DNA of 54,838 nucleotides, taken from a virus (taxonomy: Duplodnaviria; Caudoviricetes). Below, one piece after another: positions 1 through 9,043 of the stretch. Numbering within the stretch: the stretch's first letter is position 1; each line of letters opens with the position of its first letter. The stretch spans positions 1 through 54,838 of IMG/VR virus record IMGVR_UViG_3300032285_003295, one strand, 5' to 3'. Both the position numbers and the translations under genes were made by a program. The notes under the pieces are model-generated. The model saw only the letters and a program-made list of their open reading frames with translations, was not told where the DNA came from and searched no databases.

Positions 1-472
1 AGTGGAATATGATTTCACAGATGAGGACAGAGGAAATTTAGAGCCATTCGGTATCAATCCAATTATCAAGAGAAAAGGAATCGGTGTGGTTATATTCGGT
101 AACCAAACTGCTTATCAACAAGTTAATTCAGCTTTTAACCTACTGCACGTTAGAGATCTTCTTATCAGTATAGAAAGCGATGTTAATACAATTCTTGCTA
201 ACTACTTATTTGACTTCAATGACGATTCAATAAGATTAGAAATCAAGACACTTGTTGATAATTACTTAGATGGAGTTAGAGCTGGAGGTGGCATTTATGC
301 TTACCAAACTATAATGGACTCTTCTAATAATACCCCGGCTATCATAGATATGAATATGGGTATTATCGATATCATCGTAGAACCAGCGAGAGGAATACAG
401 AAGTTCATTAACAGAATTACTGTTACAAGAACAGGAGGTATAGCTGCAGGAGGATTTATTCAATTCGTTTAA
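1..472 (+). CDS. Tail sheath protein, C-terminal part (T4 gp18-like), 5' truncated by window
   Basis: GINPII...GVVIFGNQT...LHVRDLL...FDFND..IR...Y..IMDSSNNTPAIID...DIIVEPARGI matches the sheath C-terminal domain; directly upstream of tube genes. Confidence 0.9.
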   Translation, partial: VEYDFTDEDRGNLEPFGINPIIKRKGIGVVIFGNQTAYQQVNSAFNLLHVRDLLISIESDVNTILANYLFDFNDDSIRLEIKTLVDNYLDGVRAGGGIYAYQTIMDSSNNTPAIIDMNMGIIDIIVEPARGIQKFINRITVTRTGGIAAGGFIQFV

Positions 473-498
473 TGAATTGGATCCTTTTTAAAGCTTAA

Positions 499-506
499 GA
501 TAAATA
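499..506 (+). promoter_or_regulatory. Late-class promoter (GATAAATA)
   Basis: Same motif as other virion-gene leaders; resembles T4 late TATAAATA; just upstream of tube 1 ATG. Confidence 0.55.
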
Positions 507-515
507 TAATAAGAT

Positions 516-1070
516 ATGGCAGGATTATCACATTATCAAAACTCACTTTCTGCGATAAACAAGTTTGAACCTGTTTATCTCAATCAGTTTGAGGTTACTA
601 TTTTACCACCAGCAGCAGTTGCAGGCGGTGAAATATTACTTCAGCACGTTACCAAAGTAAGTGGACTTTCTCTAGACAAAAACCCAGGCATTACAACTCA
701 GAAGTACAAATTTGCTAAAAGAAACTATGCCGGTGCTAAGCCAGAGAATACCTATATGGATTTGAATTTAAGTTTCACAGTCAACCTGAATGATGATAAT
801 TCAATGTATGTTTTTAAAACATTAAGACAGTGGAGTGACCTTATTTATAACCCTCTAACCGGTGCAATGGGATTGAAAAGGGATTACACAGGAACTATTG
901 TTATCTCTGTTTTTAACAAATCAGGAGATGTACACAGAAGAGTAACTTGTAGGGACACATACCCATCAAAGCCAATAAATGCCATGAATTTAAATTACGG
1001 ATCTACCGATATTTTTAAAATCAATGACATGACTTGGGCGGTTGATTACTGGGAGGATCTATTCCTATAA
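516..1070 (+). CDS. Tail tube protein 1 (gp19-like)
   Basis: 184 aa after sheath; NQFEV, LRQWSDLIYNPLTG, W-x-x-DYW C-terminus typical of gp19-like tubes. Confidence 0.8.
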   Translation: MAGLSHYQNSLSAINKFEPVYLNQFEVTILPPAAVAGGEILLQHVTKVSGLSLDKNPGITTQKYKFAKRNYAGAKPENTYMDLNLSFTVNLNDDNSMYVFKTLRQWSDLIYNPLTGAMGLKRDYTGTIVISVFNKSGDVHRRVTCRDTYPSKPINAMNLNYGSTDIFKINDMTWAVDYWEDLFL

Positions 1071-1086
1071 AAATATTAAAGAATAA

Positions 1087-1662
1087 ATGGCAGGTTTACC
1101 ACATTTTAAGAATTCAAGGGCAGCAATAAACAACTTTGAACCGGTTTATTTAAACCAGTTTGAAGTTTTAATAAACACACCTGCAGGTATAGCGGATGCT
1201 AATACCACATTTAAAGGTGAGAGTATACTAACCCAACAAGTGAAATCTATTACTGGATTAGCTGTTGATATATTGCCAAACGATTCAGTTAAACAGACCT
1301 ACAAATTCGCGGATAGAAGATATGCCGGGGGTGAACCATCAACAAGTGATATGACTCTAACCATGGAGTTTGAAGTTAACCTTAATGATGCTAACTCAAT
1401 GAGCGTTTATAAGATACTTAGACAGTGGTCAGATCTTATTTATAATCCTTTAACCGGTGCAATGGGAATCAAGAATGACTATGTAGGTTCTATGGTTATT
1501 TCAGTTTTTAATAAGAGAGGGGATGTTTTCAGAAGAATTAGAATCCCATCTTGCTTTATAAGTACAGCGATAAATCCAATGGAGCTTGACTATGAAAATG
1601 CTTCAATTTACACTTTGTCTACAAGTTGGATATGTGATTACTGGGAAGACACATTCCTATAA
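1087..1662 (+). CDS. Tail tube protein 2 (gp19-like paralog)
   Basis: Clear paralog of 516..1070 (FEPVYLNQFEV, LRQWSDLIYNPLTGAMG, VISVFNK, DYWED). Confidence 0.8.
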   Translation: MAGLPHFKNSRAAINNFEPVYLNQFEVLINTPAGIADANTTFKGESILTQQVKSITGLAVDILPNDSVKQTYKFADRRYAGGEPSTSDMTLTMEFEVNLNDANSMSVYKILRQWSDLIYNPLTGAMGIKNDYVGSMVISVFNKRGDVFRRIRIPSCFISTAINPMELDYENASIYTLSTSWICDYWEDTFL

Positions 1663-1682
1663 TTTAAAATATTTTTTTAATC

Positions 1683-1711
1683 AAAAAGAGGTCATTTTGG
1701 CCTCTTTTTTT
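1683..1711 (+). terminator. Rho-independent terminator after tube genes
   Basis: AAAAAGAGGTC-ATTTT-GGCCTCTTTTTTT hairpin (one G-U pair) plus T-run. Confidence 0.75.
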
Positions 1712-1745
1712 GTCTTTGGTTATATAATGCATAAAATCATTAAGA

Positions 1746-2834
1746 ATGAGCACCATAAATCTTTCACCTGAGGAAATCCTCAAAAGAAGAGAATTAGAAG
1801 GGGGTTTAAGTTACGATGATCCAGTAATGGAGCAATCCCAGATTATCCTAGATACCCCACCCCAGCAGGAGCAGATACAAACTCCAGTTGAGAAAATATC
1901 AGAACCTGTTATTCCTAAACCAATTGAGCCTTCTGTTTATCCCGAAGCAGCTCCTGCTTCTTTAGGTAAAGCCCAGAGTTATTCTAGCGGATTAGCTTCA
2001 GACGAGGGCTGGAAAAATCTACCAGTTTCTATACTTCCTACCGAGGGTCTTTATTACCCTGATGGAACTAGCATGGCTATCCGTGCGGCCGAAGTTAGGG
2101 AGATTAGACACTTCTCTACCATCGACGAAGATGATAGGCTGGATATAGAGGAAAAGCTAAGCTACGTGCTCGATAGGTGTCTAAGAATTGATTTTCCAGG
2201 CGAGGGTGTAGTTTCATATAAGGATCTAAAGCAGGAGGATCGCTTCTTTATTGTGATGGCAATCAGGGATCTTACTTTTGTAAAGGGAGAGAACTCCATA
2301 CTTCTAAAAACAAAGAAAAAATGTAATCAAACTCCTGAGTGTCCTTTTAATAACGGTATAGAGCTTAGAACAGGAGTTTTAAGTGCATATGAAATTGAGG
2401 AGAATGTATTAAAGTATTACAATCCACAAACCAGATCTTTTATTTTTACTATTAAGAAAACTGGAAAAAGAGTGGAGATGTTTATTCCTAGTATAGGTGT
2501 GTCACAGGCTATAGCTTCTTTCATAAGAGAAGCTGCAATAAAGAGCAAAACAATCGACGAGGGATTTCTACAGATTTCTCCTTTTATCTTTGACGAGTGG
2601 AGAACACTCACGTTTGATCAGTTTATCAATAAGATGAGGGAGTGTGATTACTGGACTAAAGAGGAATATAGCGTATATTTTGAACTTTCGGAAAGAATAA
2701 AAGTTGGAACTAAAATGGAGGCTAAACAGAATTGCCCTGTGTGCGGTGGAATGGAGGTCACCGCTGATATCACATTTCCCGGAGGGATACGATCTCTTTT
2801 CCTTATTTCAGATATCTTTGGACAACTTCTTTGA
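1746..2834 (+). CDS. Baseplate hub assembly / tail chaperone protein (T4 gp26-like)
   Basis: LPTEGLYY motif, DRFFIVMAIR, Cys pairs (C-x4-C, CPVCG) and position after tube genes; Pro/Glu-rich N-terminal extension. Confidence 0.6.
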   Translation: MSTINLSPEEILKRRELEGGLSYDDPVMEQSQIILDTPPQQEQIQTPVEKISEPVIPKPIEPSVYPEAAPASLGKAQSYSSGLASDEGWKNLPVSILPTEGLYYPDGTSMAIRAAEVREIRHFSTIDEDDRLDIEEKLSYVLDRCLRIDFPGEGVVSYKDLKQEDRFFIVMAIRDLTFVKGENSILLKTKKKCNQTPECPFNNGIELRTGVLSAYEIEENVLKYYNPQTRSFIFTIKKTGKRVEMFIPSIGVSQAIASFIREAAIKSKTIDEGFLQISPFIFDEWRTLTFDQFINKMRECDYWTKEEYSVYFELSERIKVGTKMEAKQNCPVCGGMEVTADITFPGGIRSLFLISDIFGQLL

Positions 2835-3015
2835 GATTAAATTTAGACTCTGGAAGGAGCACGGATTAAACCCCGAATGGGTAGAATCTATTCCCTTCTA
2901 TGAATATCAGATCTGGATAGATAAATTGAATGATCTAATAGAGAAACAAAATGCAGAAGCTCTAGAAACAGATGGTAAGAAGCAGGTCTTCAATTTCACA
3001 AAGAATTCCCCGTGA
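2818..3015 (+). CDS. Small gp51-like baseplate/tail assembly protein; start uncertain (TTG 2818 or reached by +1 frameshift)
   Basis: LDNFFEIKFRLWKEHGLNPEWVESIPFYEYQIWIDKL resembles the short gp51-like ORF that follows gp26 in T4-like phages; no ATG in the plausible part. Confidence 0.55.
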   Translation: MDNFFEIKFRLWKEHGLNPEWVESIPFYEYQIWIDKLNDLIEKQNAEALETDGKKQVFNFTKNSP

Positions 3016-3043
3016 AATATATAAGAAAGAACTAAACACCTAA

Positions 3044-4756
3044 ATGGCAAACGATAACCAAAAACTAACTGCCCAAATGATCGATCTTAACCGTAGCATG
3101 GATAAGCTTGCAGGTGAGATCAAAAAGAATACAACCGCCACACAGGAAATTTCCGAATCCCAACAAGATGCAGACAAAGCTAAATCTCAAGATCTTAAAT
3201 CTTTAATAGACTCTTTAAGCAGTCTAAAAGATTTGAAAGGTCTAACAGACGAGATAAAAAAATTAGATCTTGGAAATCTATCTAAAACATTAGGAGATTT
3301 GCCGGGTGCTCTATCTGGACTCACCAAAGGACCTTTATCCTCTTTAATTGGTAAGGGAACTGGTGAAAAAATAGGAAATATTCTCGGCGGAGCAGGAAAG
3401 GGTTTTAATGTTGGTAAAATTCTAGGTGGATTTCAGGAAGGCGGAGTTGCTAAAAAAGAGGGGCAGTATGTTGTTGGTGAAAACGGACCTGAAGTTGTAA
3501 AGCTTCCAGCGGGAGCTGCAGTTATACCTTTGGATATAAAAGATTTCATTACCGGATTAGCTAAAGTTCCAGAATTGGCAGATCTTGTTAAGAATAAGGA
3601 GATTAATTTTTATGGTGATAGAGATGAGGCTTCTATAGTAAAGGGTGACGGCAAGGATTTAAAGAACAGAATATCTCTAGAAAAATTAAAAGACAAATAT
3701 GAGGATGCTTTAGACGATCAGGAATCTCTAGATAAAGCTAAGCAAGACCCTACTGTTTTAGCAAGTCTTAAAGAGCAGAATAAAATAATAAGGGATCTTA
3801 TCGGTAAAGGAAATTCTAAAGTCCAAGATTCTATCCAGGCTAATGACTCGGAGTACTATAAAATATGGAACTCTAGTATAAAGTGGATGGATAAAGATCA
3901 ACTTAAAACCTTTAATTCAATATGGGACAAGGCAATTGCAAGCTTACCTAAAGAAGCAGTTAATGATTTAACAATATCAAGAACCAAACTTTTAGCGTTA
4001 GAAAGTTTATCCAAGTTAAATAAGCCTTCTGAATCAAAAGAAACCGCTAAAACTGTAGATCTTGCACCAAAAGCGGAGACAAAGAATGTAGATGCTAAGA
4101 AAAAAGAGGCAGGATCGGGTCCAACAGTTGAAGCAAAACCAGAAGTACTTAAGACAGCAACTGAATCAATAAAAGGTGCAGCCACTGAGGGTATCAAGAA
4201 TAATATACCTAAAATAGGTGATATTTTTTCCGCTGTGGGAGGCGATAGTGCATTAGGAAAAAAAGGGTCTGATATAGTTAAAAAAGCAGGTGGATTACTC
4301 AGTAGTGAACTTGGCAAAAATCTAGGCGGAATAGGTGGGGCTGGAAATAAGATAACTGATTTTCTAGGAAAAGGTACAGTACCAGGAGGTACAGAATTTA
4401 AGAAAACAATAACCTCATTGGGATCATTTGCGAAAAATCCACAGACTGGTATAGAGAAGAATATAGAAAAATTCACTTCCGATATATCGGGACTTTTGAA
4501 ATCTAAATCCCCGTTACCTCCTTCTAAAACAGCTGATTCCACATCTGAGCAATCTGGTGGATTAACTCCTGGGGCATCCGAAGGTTCTGTGAAAAAGGAT
4601 GAATCAGGTAAAGACGAGAAAGGAAAGCCAAAAGACATGCAATCTGAGATAGATGCTATTAAGGGACTCTTAGCTAGGGTAGCTTCCGCATTAGAAGGAA
4701 CACTTGATGTGTCAATGATGGAAAATCCATTCAGACCTGATTCAAGAAAGGTCTAA
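3044..4756 (+). CDS. Putative tape measure / baseplate hub protein (gp29-like)
   Basis: 570 aa, helical and Gly/Lys-rich, FQEGG...VVGENGPEVV motif common in tape-measure proteins; follows the chaperone pair; AATATATA late-like motif at 3016-3023. Confidence 0.5.
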   Translation: MANDNQKLTAQMIDLNRSMDKLAGEIKKNTTATQEISESQQDADKAKSQDLKSLIDSLSSLKDLKGLTDEIKKLDLGNLSKTLGDLPGALSGLTKGPLSSLIGKGTGEKIGNILGGAGKGFNVGKILGGFQEGGVAKKEGQYVVGENGPEVVKLPAGAAVIPLDIKDFITGLAKVPELADLVKNKEINFYGDRDEASIVKGDGKDLKNRISLEKLKDKYEDALDDQESLDKAKQDPTVLASLKEQNKIIRDLIGKGNSKVQDSIQANDSEYYKIWNSSIKWMDKDQLKTFNSIWDKAIASLPKEAVNDLTISRTKLLALESLSKLNKPSESKETAKTVDLAPKAETKNVDAKKKEAGSGPTVEAKPEVLKTATESIKGAATEGIKNNIPKIGDIFSAVGGDSALGKKGSDIVKKAGGLLSSELGKNLGGIGGAGNKITDFLGKGTVPGGTEFKKTITSLGSFAKNPQTGIEKNIEKFTSDISGLLKSKSPLPPSKTADSTSEQSGGLTPGASEGSVKKDESGKDEKGKPKDMQSEIDAIKGLLARVASALEGTLDVSMMENPFRPDSRKV

Positions 4757-4777
4757 TCTTATAATAATTTTTTTTAA

Positions 4778-4799
4778 CCGTAGTAATTCTTTATATTTG
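4778..4799 (+). promoter_or_regulatory. Early/host-type promoter CCGTA-N9-TATATTTG
   Basis: TAnnTTTG is the Bacteroidota housekeeping -7 element; same layout at 18981 and 25425; about 15 nt upstream of ATG. Confidence 0.65.
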
Positions 4800-4813
4800 T
4801 TAAAAATATAGAA

Positions 4814-5407
4814 ATGTGGAATAAATCCATCTCCGGATCTTTAAGGCATCCATTAAAAATATTAGAGGACCCCGAATTTTTAGCAATCCCTAATTGGAGC
4901 ATAATCGAAGATCCTTCTGATCTATTTAGGGTTAACTGGGACTCCGCAGATTCACTAGATCCAAACAATCTCACGATACACTCAGACGAAAAGTCATTAA
5001 GAATGGATCTGATCTATTTAAGAATGGCAAAAACATGGGGCGAGAATTCATATTGTAAAAGAATGCAAGTTGGATGCCTGATGGTTAGGGATAAGCTAAT
5101 CATCTCTGACGGATACAACGGATCACCTTCGGGATTTCCAAATGCCTGTGAGGATGAAGATATGAACACACTCCCGTATGTTCTACATGCTGAAGCCAAT
5201 GCTATTACTAAACTAGCTAAGAGCACTCAAAGTTCGGATGGAGCAACCCTATATGTAACCCTATCGCCCTGTTTTGAATGCTCTAAATTAATCATACAAT
5301 CTGGGATCAGAAGGGTAGTATTTTCAGAAGTTTATAGAAAACCTGAATCCCTCCCATTTCTGGCCGAAGCAGGGGTTGAATTAGTAAAAATAAGTAAACC
5401 ATTATAA
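4814..5407 (+). CDS. dCMP deaminase
   Basis: IISDGYNG, HAEANA and PCFEC zinc motifs; about 60 aa N-terminal extension. Confidence 0.93.
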   Translation: MWNKSISGSLRHPLKILEDPEFLAIPNWSIIEDPSDLFRVNWDSADSLDPNNLTIHSDEKSLRMDLIYLRMAKTWGENSYCKRMQVGCLMVRDKLIISDGYNGSPSGFPNACEDEDMNTLPYVLHAEANAITKLAKSTQSSDGATLYVTLSPCFECSKLIIQSGIRRVVFSEVYRKPESLPFLAEAGVELVKISKPL

Positions 5408-5409
5408 TT

Positions 5410-6045
5410 ATGATAGAATTAACGCAGGATTTAAAAAGTAAACAAAAGGAGAAGAACATTCAAAAATTAGCAGAGGAGTTCATTTTAACAAGGAGTGATA
5501 AATCTTTTAAAATGCTATTTGAGAGATTAAGACCGGGGGTATCAAACCATTGCTTTTTGATTCTGAAAGACCAGGAACTTGCTGAGGATGCCTTTCTTAA
5601 CACTATGTCTAAGATTTGGAGTAAGATTGATCAATATGATCTAATCAGAGGTAACTTTTCAACTTGGTGTTATAATATAGCTAGGAATGAATCCCTCCTA
5701 CTTATAAAATCAAGAAAAAGGTATAGTAGCCACCTAGATTCTGATCTAGAGTACCTTTCTTCTAAAAATTCTATAGGTGATCTTGGAGGCCATTATACTT
5801 TAGAAGAAGATCCAAATTATGCTTTTTATGGTGAGGAAAACAAGACAGATGCTGTTTACGAGTCTGTTTTAGATGAGATCAGAACCCTTCCTGAGCTATA
5901 TAGGGATATCATGATAGATCGTGAGATTAATGGGATGAAATACAAGGATATTGCAGAAAAGTATAACATCAAGAAAAGATCAATAGCCACTAGGATAAGA
6001 AGAGCTAGAGGGAGAATACGTAAAAAAATGGACAAGAAACAATAA
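5410..6045 (+). CDS. ECF-type RNA polymerase sigma factor
   Basis: Region 2 LAEDAFLNT..KIW..IDQYD..RGNFSTWCYNIARN; region 4 LPELYRD...GMKYKDIAEKYNI....IATRIRRAR. Confidence 0.88.
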   Translation: MIELTQDLKSKQKEKNIQKLAEEFILTRSDKSFKMLFERLRPGVSNHCFLILKDQELAEDAFLNTMSKIWSKIDQYDLIRGNFSTWCYNIARNESLLLIKSRKRYSSHLDSDLEYLSSKNSIGDLGGHYTLEEDPNYAFYGEENKTDAVYESVLDEIRTLPELYRDIMIDREINGMKYKDIAEKYNIKKRSIATRIRRARGRIRKKMDKKQ

Positions 6046-6063
6046 TCCTTTCTGGCAGTATAA
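6036..6063 (+). promoter_or_regulatory. Middle-class promoter GAAAC-N18-TATAA
   Basis: Bipartite motif with fixed 18-nt spacer shared with 7316, 13075, 20350, 38576. Confidence 0.6.
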
Positions 6064-6077
6064 AAATAAAAGGAGAA

Positions 6078-6506
6078 ATGTTAAGACTTCTTAAAGTTAT
6101 AAAGGAGATAAGACTTTACCGCGAATATCTTAAAACGGTTAAGCAAAAATCTGAAGAATCCCCGTTTTTCACTAGAATGAATTTACGCGTGGATTGGGTA
6201 GGTAGAGTTTATACCGTTGTGAATCTACCCCAACAGGTTATTCAATCTCCGGATCTTCCGAAAGAGGCAAGACCCTCTTTTGTGATGAATGAGATAAAAC
6301 CAATCAATGAGTATTTTAAATCTCTGAACCTAGAGGAGCTAATGACACTTTCGATGGAGTCAGTTAAGGGTACAAACGATGAATCTTATCTGATCGTTTA
6401 TCAATATGTTTTTAGGAATCTTACTATTCTTTGGATCCTTAGATTTTTAGGGGAGTTAGCTATTATTATTTTTGCCCTCGTGAAGTGGGGTCATTTTATT
6501 TTTTAA
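6078..6506 (+). CDS. Hypothetical protein with C-terminal membrane anchor
   Basis: 142 aa ORF; hydrophobic C-terminus ILWILRFLGELAIIIFALV. Confidence 0.7.
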   Translation: MLRLLKVIKEIRLYREYLKTVKQKSEESPFFTRMNLRVDWVGRVYTVVNLPQQVIQSPDLPKEARPSFVMNEIKPINEYFKSLNLEELMTLSMESVKGTNDESYLIVYQYVFRNLTILWILRFLGELAIIIFALVKWGHFIF

Positions 6507-6509
6507 ATT

Positions 6510-7316
6510 ATGGATCAAAGATTACAGTCGGCAAAATCTGATATAGAGAGGAAATTAGAAGTATTTAAAGATAGAAATTTTACTTTTGATGAGCCTACAC
6601 ACACGTACAGGTACGCTGGTAAAAAATTCGATTCTGTAACAACTTTTATCAAAACCTTTAAAGTTCCTTTTGACAGGGAGTATTGGTCAAGAAAAAAAGC
6701 GGATGAAAGAGGTGTAGATCCCTCAGTTATTCTAGAGGAATGGAGTCAGAAGTCAACTAAGGCTATGGGCATAGGGACTAAAGTTCATAAATTTATAGAG
6801 GATTATTTAAGCGGGGATAATCCACCGATGCCCGAAGAGTCTGAAGTAAAAGAGAGGGTTGATAAATTCCTAGAATTTCATAATAGGAAATTAAACGTTT
6901 TCCATCCGTTAAAATCTGAGCTTAAAGTTTTTTCTAAAAGATGGAGATTATCAGGTACGATAGATCAGCCTTTTTTATTCTGGGACGAAAAAAAGAATCT
7001 TCCTTTCCTAGTTATTGGAGATTGGAAAACTAACGGAGAATTTAAAGATGATAATCATCCTAAAGGGAAATATAAAAAACTATTAAGACCTTTTACGCAT
7101 CTGTATGAGAATAACCATAATGAATATTCAATACAGATTAGTTTATACAGATTGATATTAGAGGAAGAGGCAGGGATAGAAACAGAAAGCGGATTTCTAT
7201 GCCATATCGGTCCAGACGGACCCCCTAAATTATACCCAACCAAAGATTTAAGAGAACCACTAAGAGCCTATTTGGAAAATAACAGGACAGAATTTGATAT
7301 TTTTGATATTTCTTAG
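6510..7316 (+). CDS. PD-(D/E)XK exonuclease (RecB/Cas4-like fold, no Fe-S cysteines)
   Basis: FDEPTHTY, SVTTFI, GTKVH, SGTID, IGDWKT, YSIQISLY motifs. Confidence 0.85.
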   Translation: MDQRLQSAKSDIERKLEVFKDRNFTFDEPTHTYRYAGKKFDSVTTFIKTFKVPFDREYWSRKKADERGVDPSVILEEWSQKSTKAMGIGTKVHKFIEDYLSGDNPPMPEESEVKERVDKFLEFHNRKLNVFHPLKSELKVFSKRWRLSGTIDQPFLFWDEKKNLPFLVIGDWKTNGEFKDDNHPKGKYKKLLRPFTHLYENNHNEYSIQISLYRLILEEEAGIETESGFLCHIGPDGPPKLYPTKDLREPLRAYLENNRTEFDIFDIS

Positions 7317-7343
7317 AAACAATTTCTTTATTATAAACTAAAA
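7316..7343 (+). promoter_or_regulatory. Middle-class promoter GAAAC-N18-TAAAA
   Basis: Same bipartite motif and spacing; upstream of ATG 7360. Confidence 0.6.
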
Positions 7344-7359
7344 ATTAAAAAATAAAAAT

Positions 7360-7902
7360 ATGTCAACGAGTAAAACTGAAATCGAATCAACGATTGGACC
7401 TGGGGGTTCAAATGAAACAGAATTTAAGACAATGGAACAAATGGAGGTTCCCGAAAGTCCATTCCCATCCAATGTTGATGTCAATAAAGTTAATTTATTG
7501 GAGGAGCAAATCGCTTCTAAAAAAGAGGAGATAAAAACAAAGGTTTATGCCATAACCATGACAAAGGAAATCTTTGAAAGATATGCAGATTTTATGGAGA
7601 ATAAAGCTGAATGGGCAGGAACTGAGGCTTTGGGGGTTAGAGAGGTAAATAAGCAGATTCAGAAAATAAAGACAGACGGTGGGGTTAAAAATTCTGTTAT
7701 CTTCTTGAGCGCTTTACCTCTAGAAGCTAGCCATTATTTTATATCTAAATCAAGAGGAAGCGGTTTGAAGGAAGCTGAAGATTTTTTAAGCATTTATAAG
7801 GCGATCGATCAGGCCCTTGGAGATGCTAAAAAGGATGCAACTGCAATAAAGGACTTAGAAAAAGAACTTGCTGCAGCTATGCAAGGAATCGAGCTTGAAT
7901 AA
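7360..7902 (+). CDS. Hypothetical acidic helical protein
   Basis: 180 aa ORF with A-rich leader and downstream terminator. Confidence 0.7.
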   Translation: MSTSKTEIESTIGPGGSNETEFKTMEQMEVPESPFPSNVDVNKVNLLEEQIASKKEEIKTKVYAITMTKEIFERYADFMENKAEWAGTEALGVREVNKQIQKIKTDGGVKNSVIFLSALPLEASHYFISKSRGSGLKEAEDFLSIYKAIDQALGDAKKDATAIKDLEKELAAAMQGIELE

Positions 7903-7926
7903 TTCGAAACCCGTCGATATACATTT

Positions 7927-7949
7927 AGCCAGGACCTCCTGGCTTTTTT
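7927..7949 (+). terminator. Rho-independent terminator
   Basis: AGCCAGG-ACCT-CCTGGCT-TTTTT. Confidence 0.8.
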
Positions 7950-7966
7950 ATTGCCCCAAAAGCAAA

Positions 7967-7974
7967 GATATATA
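7967..7974 (+). promoter_or_regulatory. Late-class promoter GATATATA
   Basis: Intergenic, just after terminator, upstream of ATG 7991. Confidence 0.6.
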
Positions 7975-7990
7975 AACAAAAAGTAAAAAT

Positions 7991-8299
7991 ATGAAAGCTT
8001 TAGAAAAAATTAAAAACAATTCTTTAACTATTGTATTGGTCCTTTCCCTGATTCTATTCCTTAGACAATGCGGGATAAACAGGAACCTTGACAAAATGGC
8101 CAAGGATTTAAAGGAAATGAACCAGAAAATGGATTCAATCCCAAACACGGTTGAGATTAACAAGATGATTCAAATAGAGGGTCTTAAATCTTCTAAAAGA
8201 GTTCTTTACGATTGGAACTCTGTTGTGAGAACAGCAGTTAGACCCGACGATAGAATGAATCAATATGATAAAGAGATTGAATTATTAGAGAAAAAATGA
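7991..8299 (+). CDS. Membrane-anchored or lipoprotein-like coiled-coil protein
   Basis: N-terminal hydrophobic stretch ending LFLRQC, then coiled-coil. Confidence 0.65.
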   Translation: MKALEKIKNNSLTIVLVLSLILFLRQCGINRNLDKMAKDLKEMNQKMDSIPNTVEINKMIQIEGLKSSKRVLYDWNSVVRTAVRPDDRMNQYDKEIELLEKK

Positions 8300-9024
8300 A
8301 AAATAAATTAATACATTGGTTTATAATATCTACGTTTGTTAGTCTGTATTTGATCGTTTCGGTCATTTCAACTATCCACGTGATAGAATTTTTCGAGCTA
8401 TCTAATCCCAAGTGGTTAGCGGTTTCACTTGCTCTAGCATTCGAGGTTGGCGCTGCAGCTTCGCTATCCTCTCTAATTATTATGGAGAAGATGAATAAAT
8501 TTATGGTGTGGTCTCTATTTATAATACTCACAGCTATGCAGGCTATGGGCAATACATATTATGCGTATACACATTTGACCCATTTTCAATCCTGGATCGA
8601 ACTTTTTGGTCTGGTTGATGAAGACCTCATTTACCAAAAAAGGATGCTATCTATTATAAGCGGTGCTATACTTCCACTAGTTTCCCTTGGGTTTATCAAA
8701 TCGCTTGTTGATTATATCAAGCCTAGCAAACCCAGTGATAGCCCATCCGACCCTGAAGTAAAACACGAGACTGATGAGCCTATAGAAGTTAATGAAATAC
8801 CTACTAGTGAATCTTTATCGGGGAATTCAGAGATGCTAGAAGATGGAAATACTGAGGGATCCGATATGGAGTCCCTGCCGGAGGAGCCACAGCCAGAACC
8901 TGAATCAGTTAGCACGAATATACAGGAGCAAGCTACCACGGAGAACATTATTGTAAATGCTAACTCAAATAGAATCGTTAGTCAGGATCCAATCTCTGAT
9001 TATAGGAGAAGATTAAATGGGTAA
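8296..9024 (+). CDS. Integral membrane protein (about 4 TM) with acidic C-terminal tail
   Basis: Four hydrophobic segments in the first 140 aa; Pro/Glu/Ser-rich tail. Confidence 0.7.
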   Translation: MKNKLIHWFIISTFVSLYLIVSVISTIHVIEFFELSNPKWLAVSLALAFEVGAAASLSSLIIMEKMNKFMVWSLFIILTAMQAMGNTYYAYTHLTHFQSWIELFGLVDEDLIYQKRMLSIISGAILPLVSLGFIKSLVDYIKPSKPSDSPSDPEVKHETDEPIEVNEIPTSESLSGNSEMLEDGNTEGSDMESLPEEPQPEPESVSTNIQEQATTENIIVNANSNRIVSQDPISDYRRRLNG

Positions 9025-9043
9025 TAAAAATAATTTGTAAAAA

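Noticed and set aside
3898-4638. 246-aa minus-strand ORF and similar antisense ORFs (e.g. 12409..12822, 36845..37252, 47424..47789)
   Set aside because: Shadows of biased + strand genes; Ser/Phe/Pro-rich with no promoter or motif support
6510-7316. Cas4
   Set aside because: Lacks the four Fe-S cysteines and any CRISPR context; generic PD-(D/E)XK nuclease
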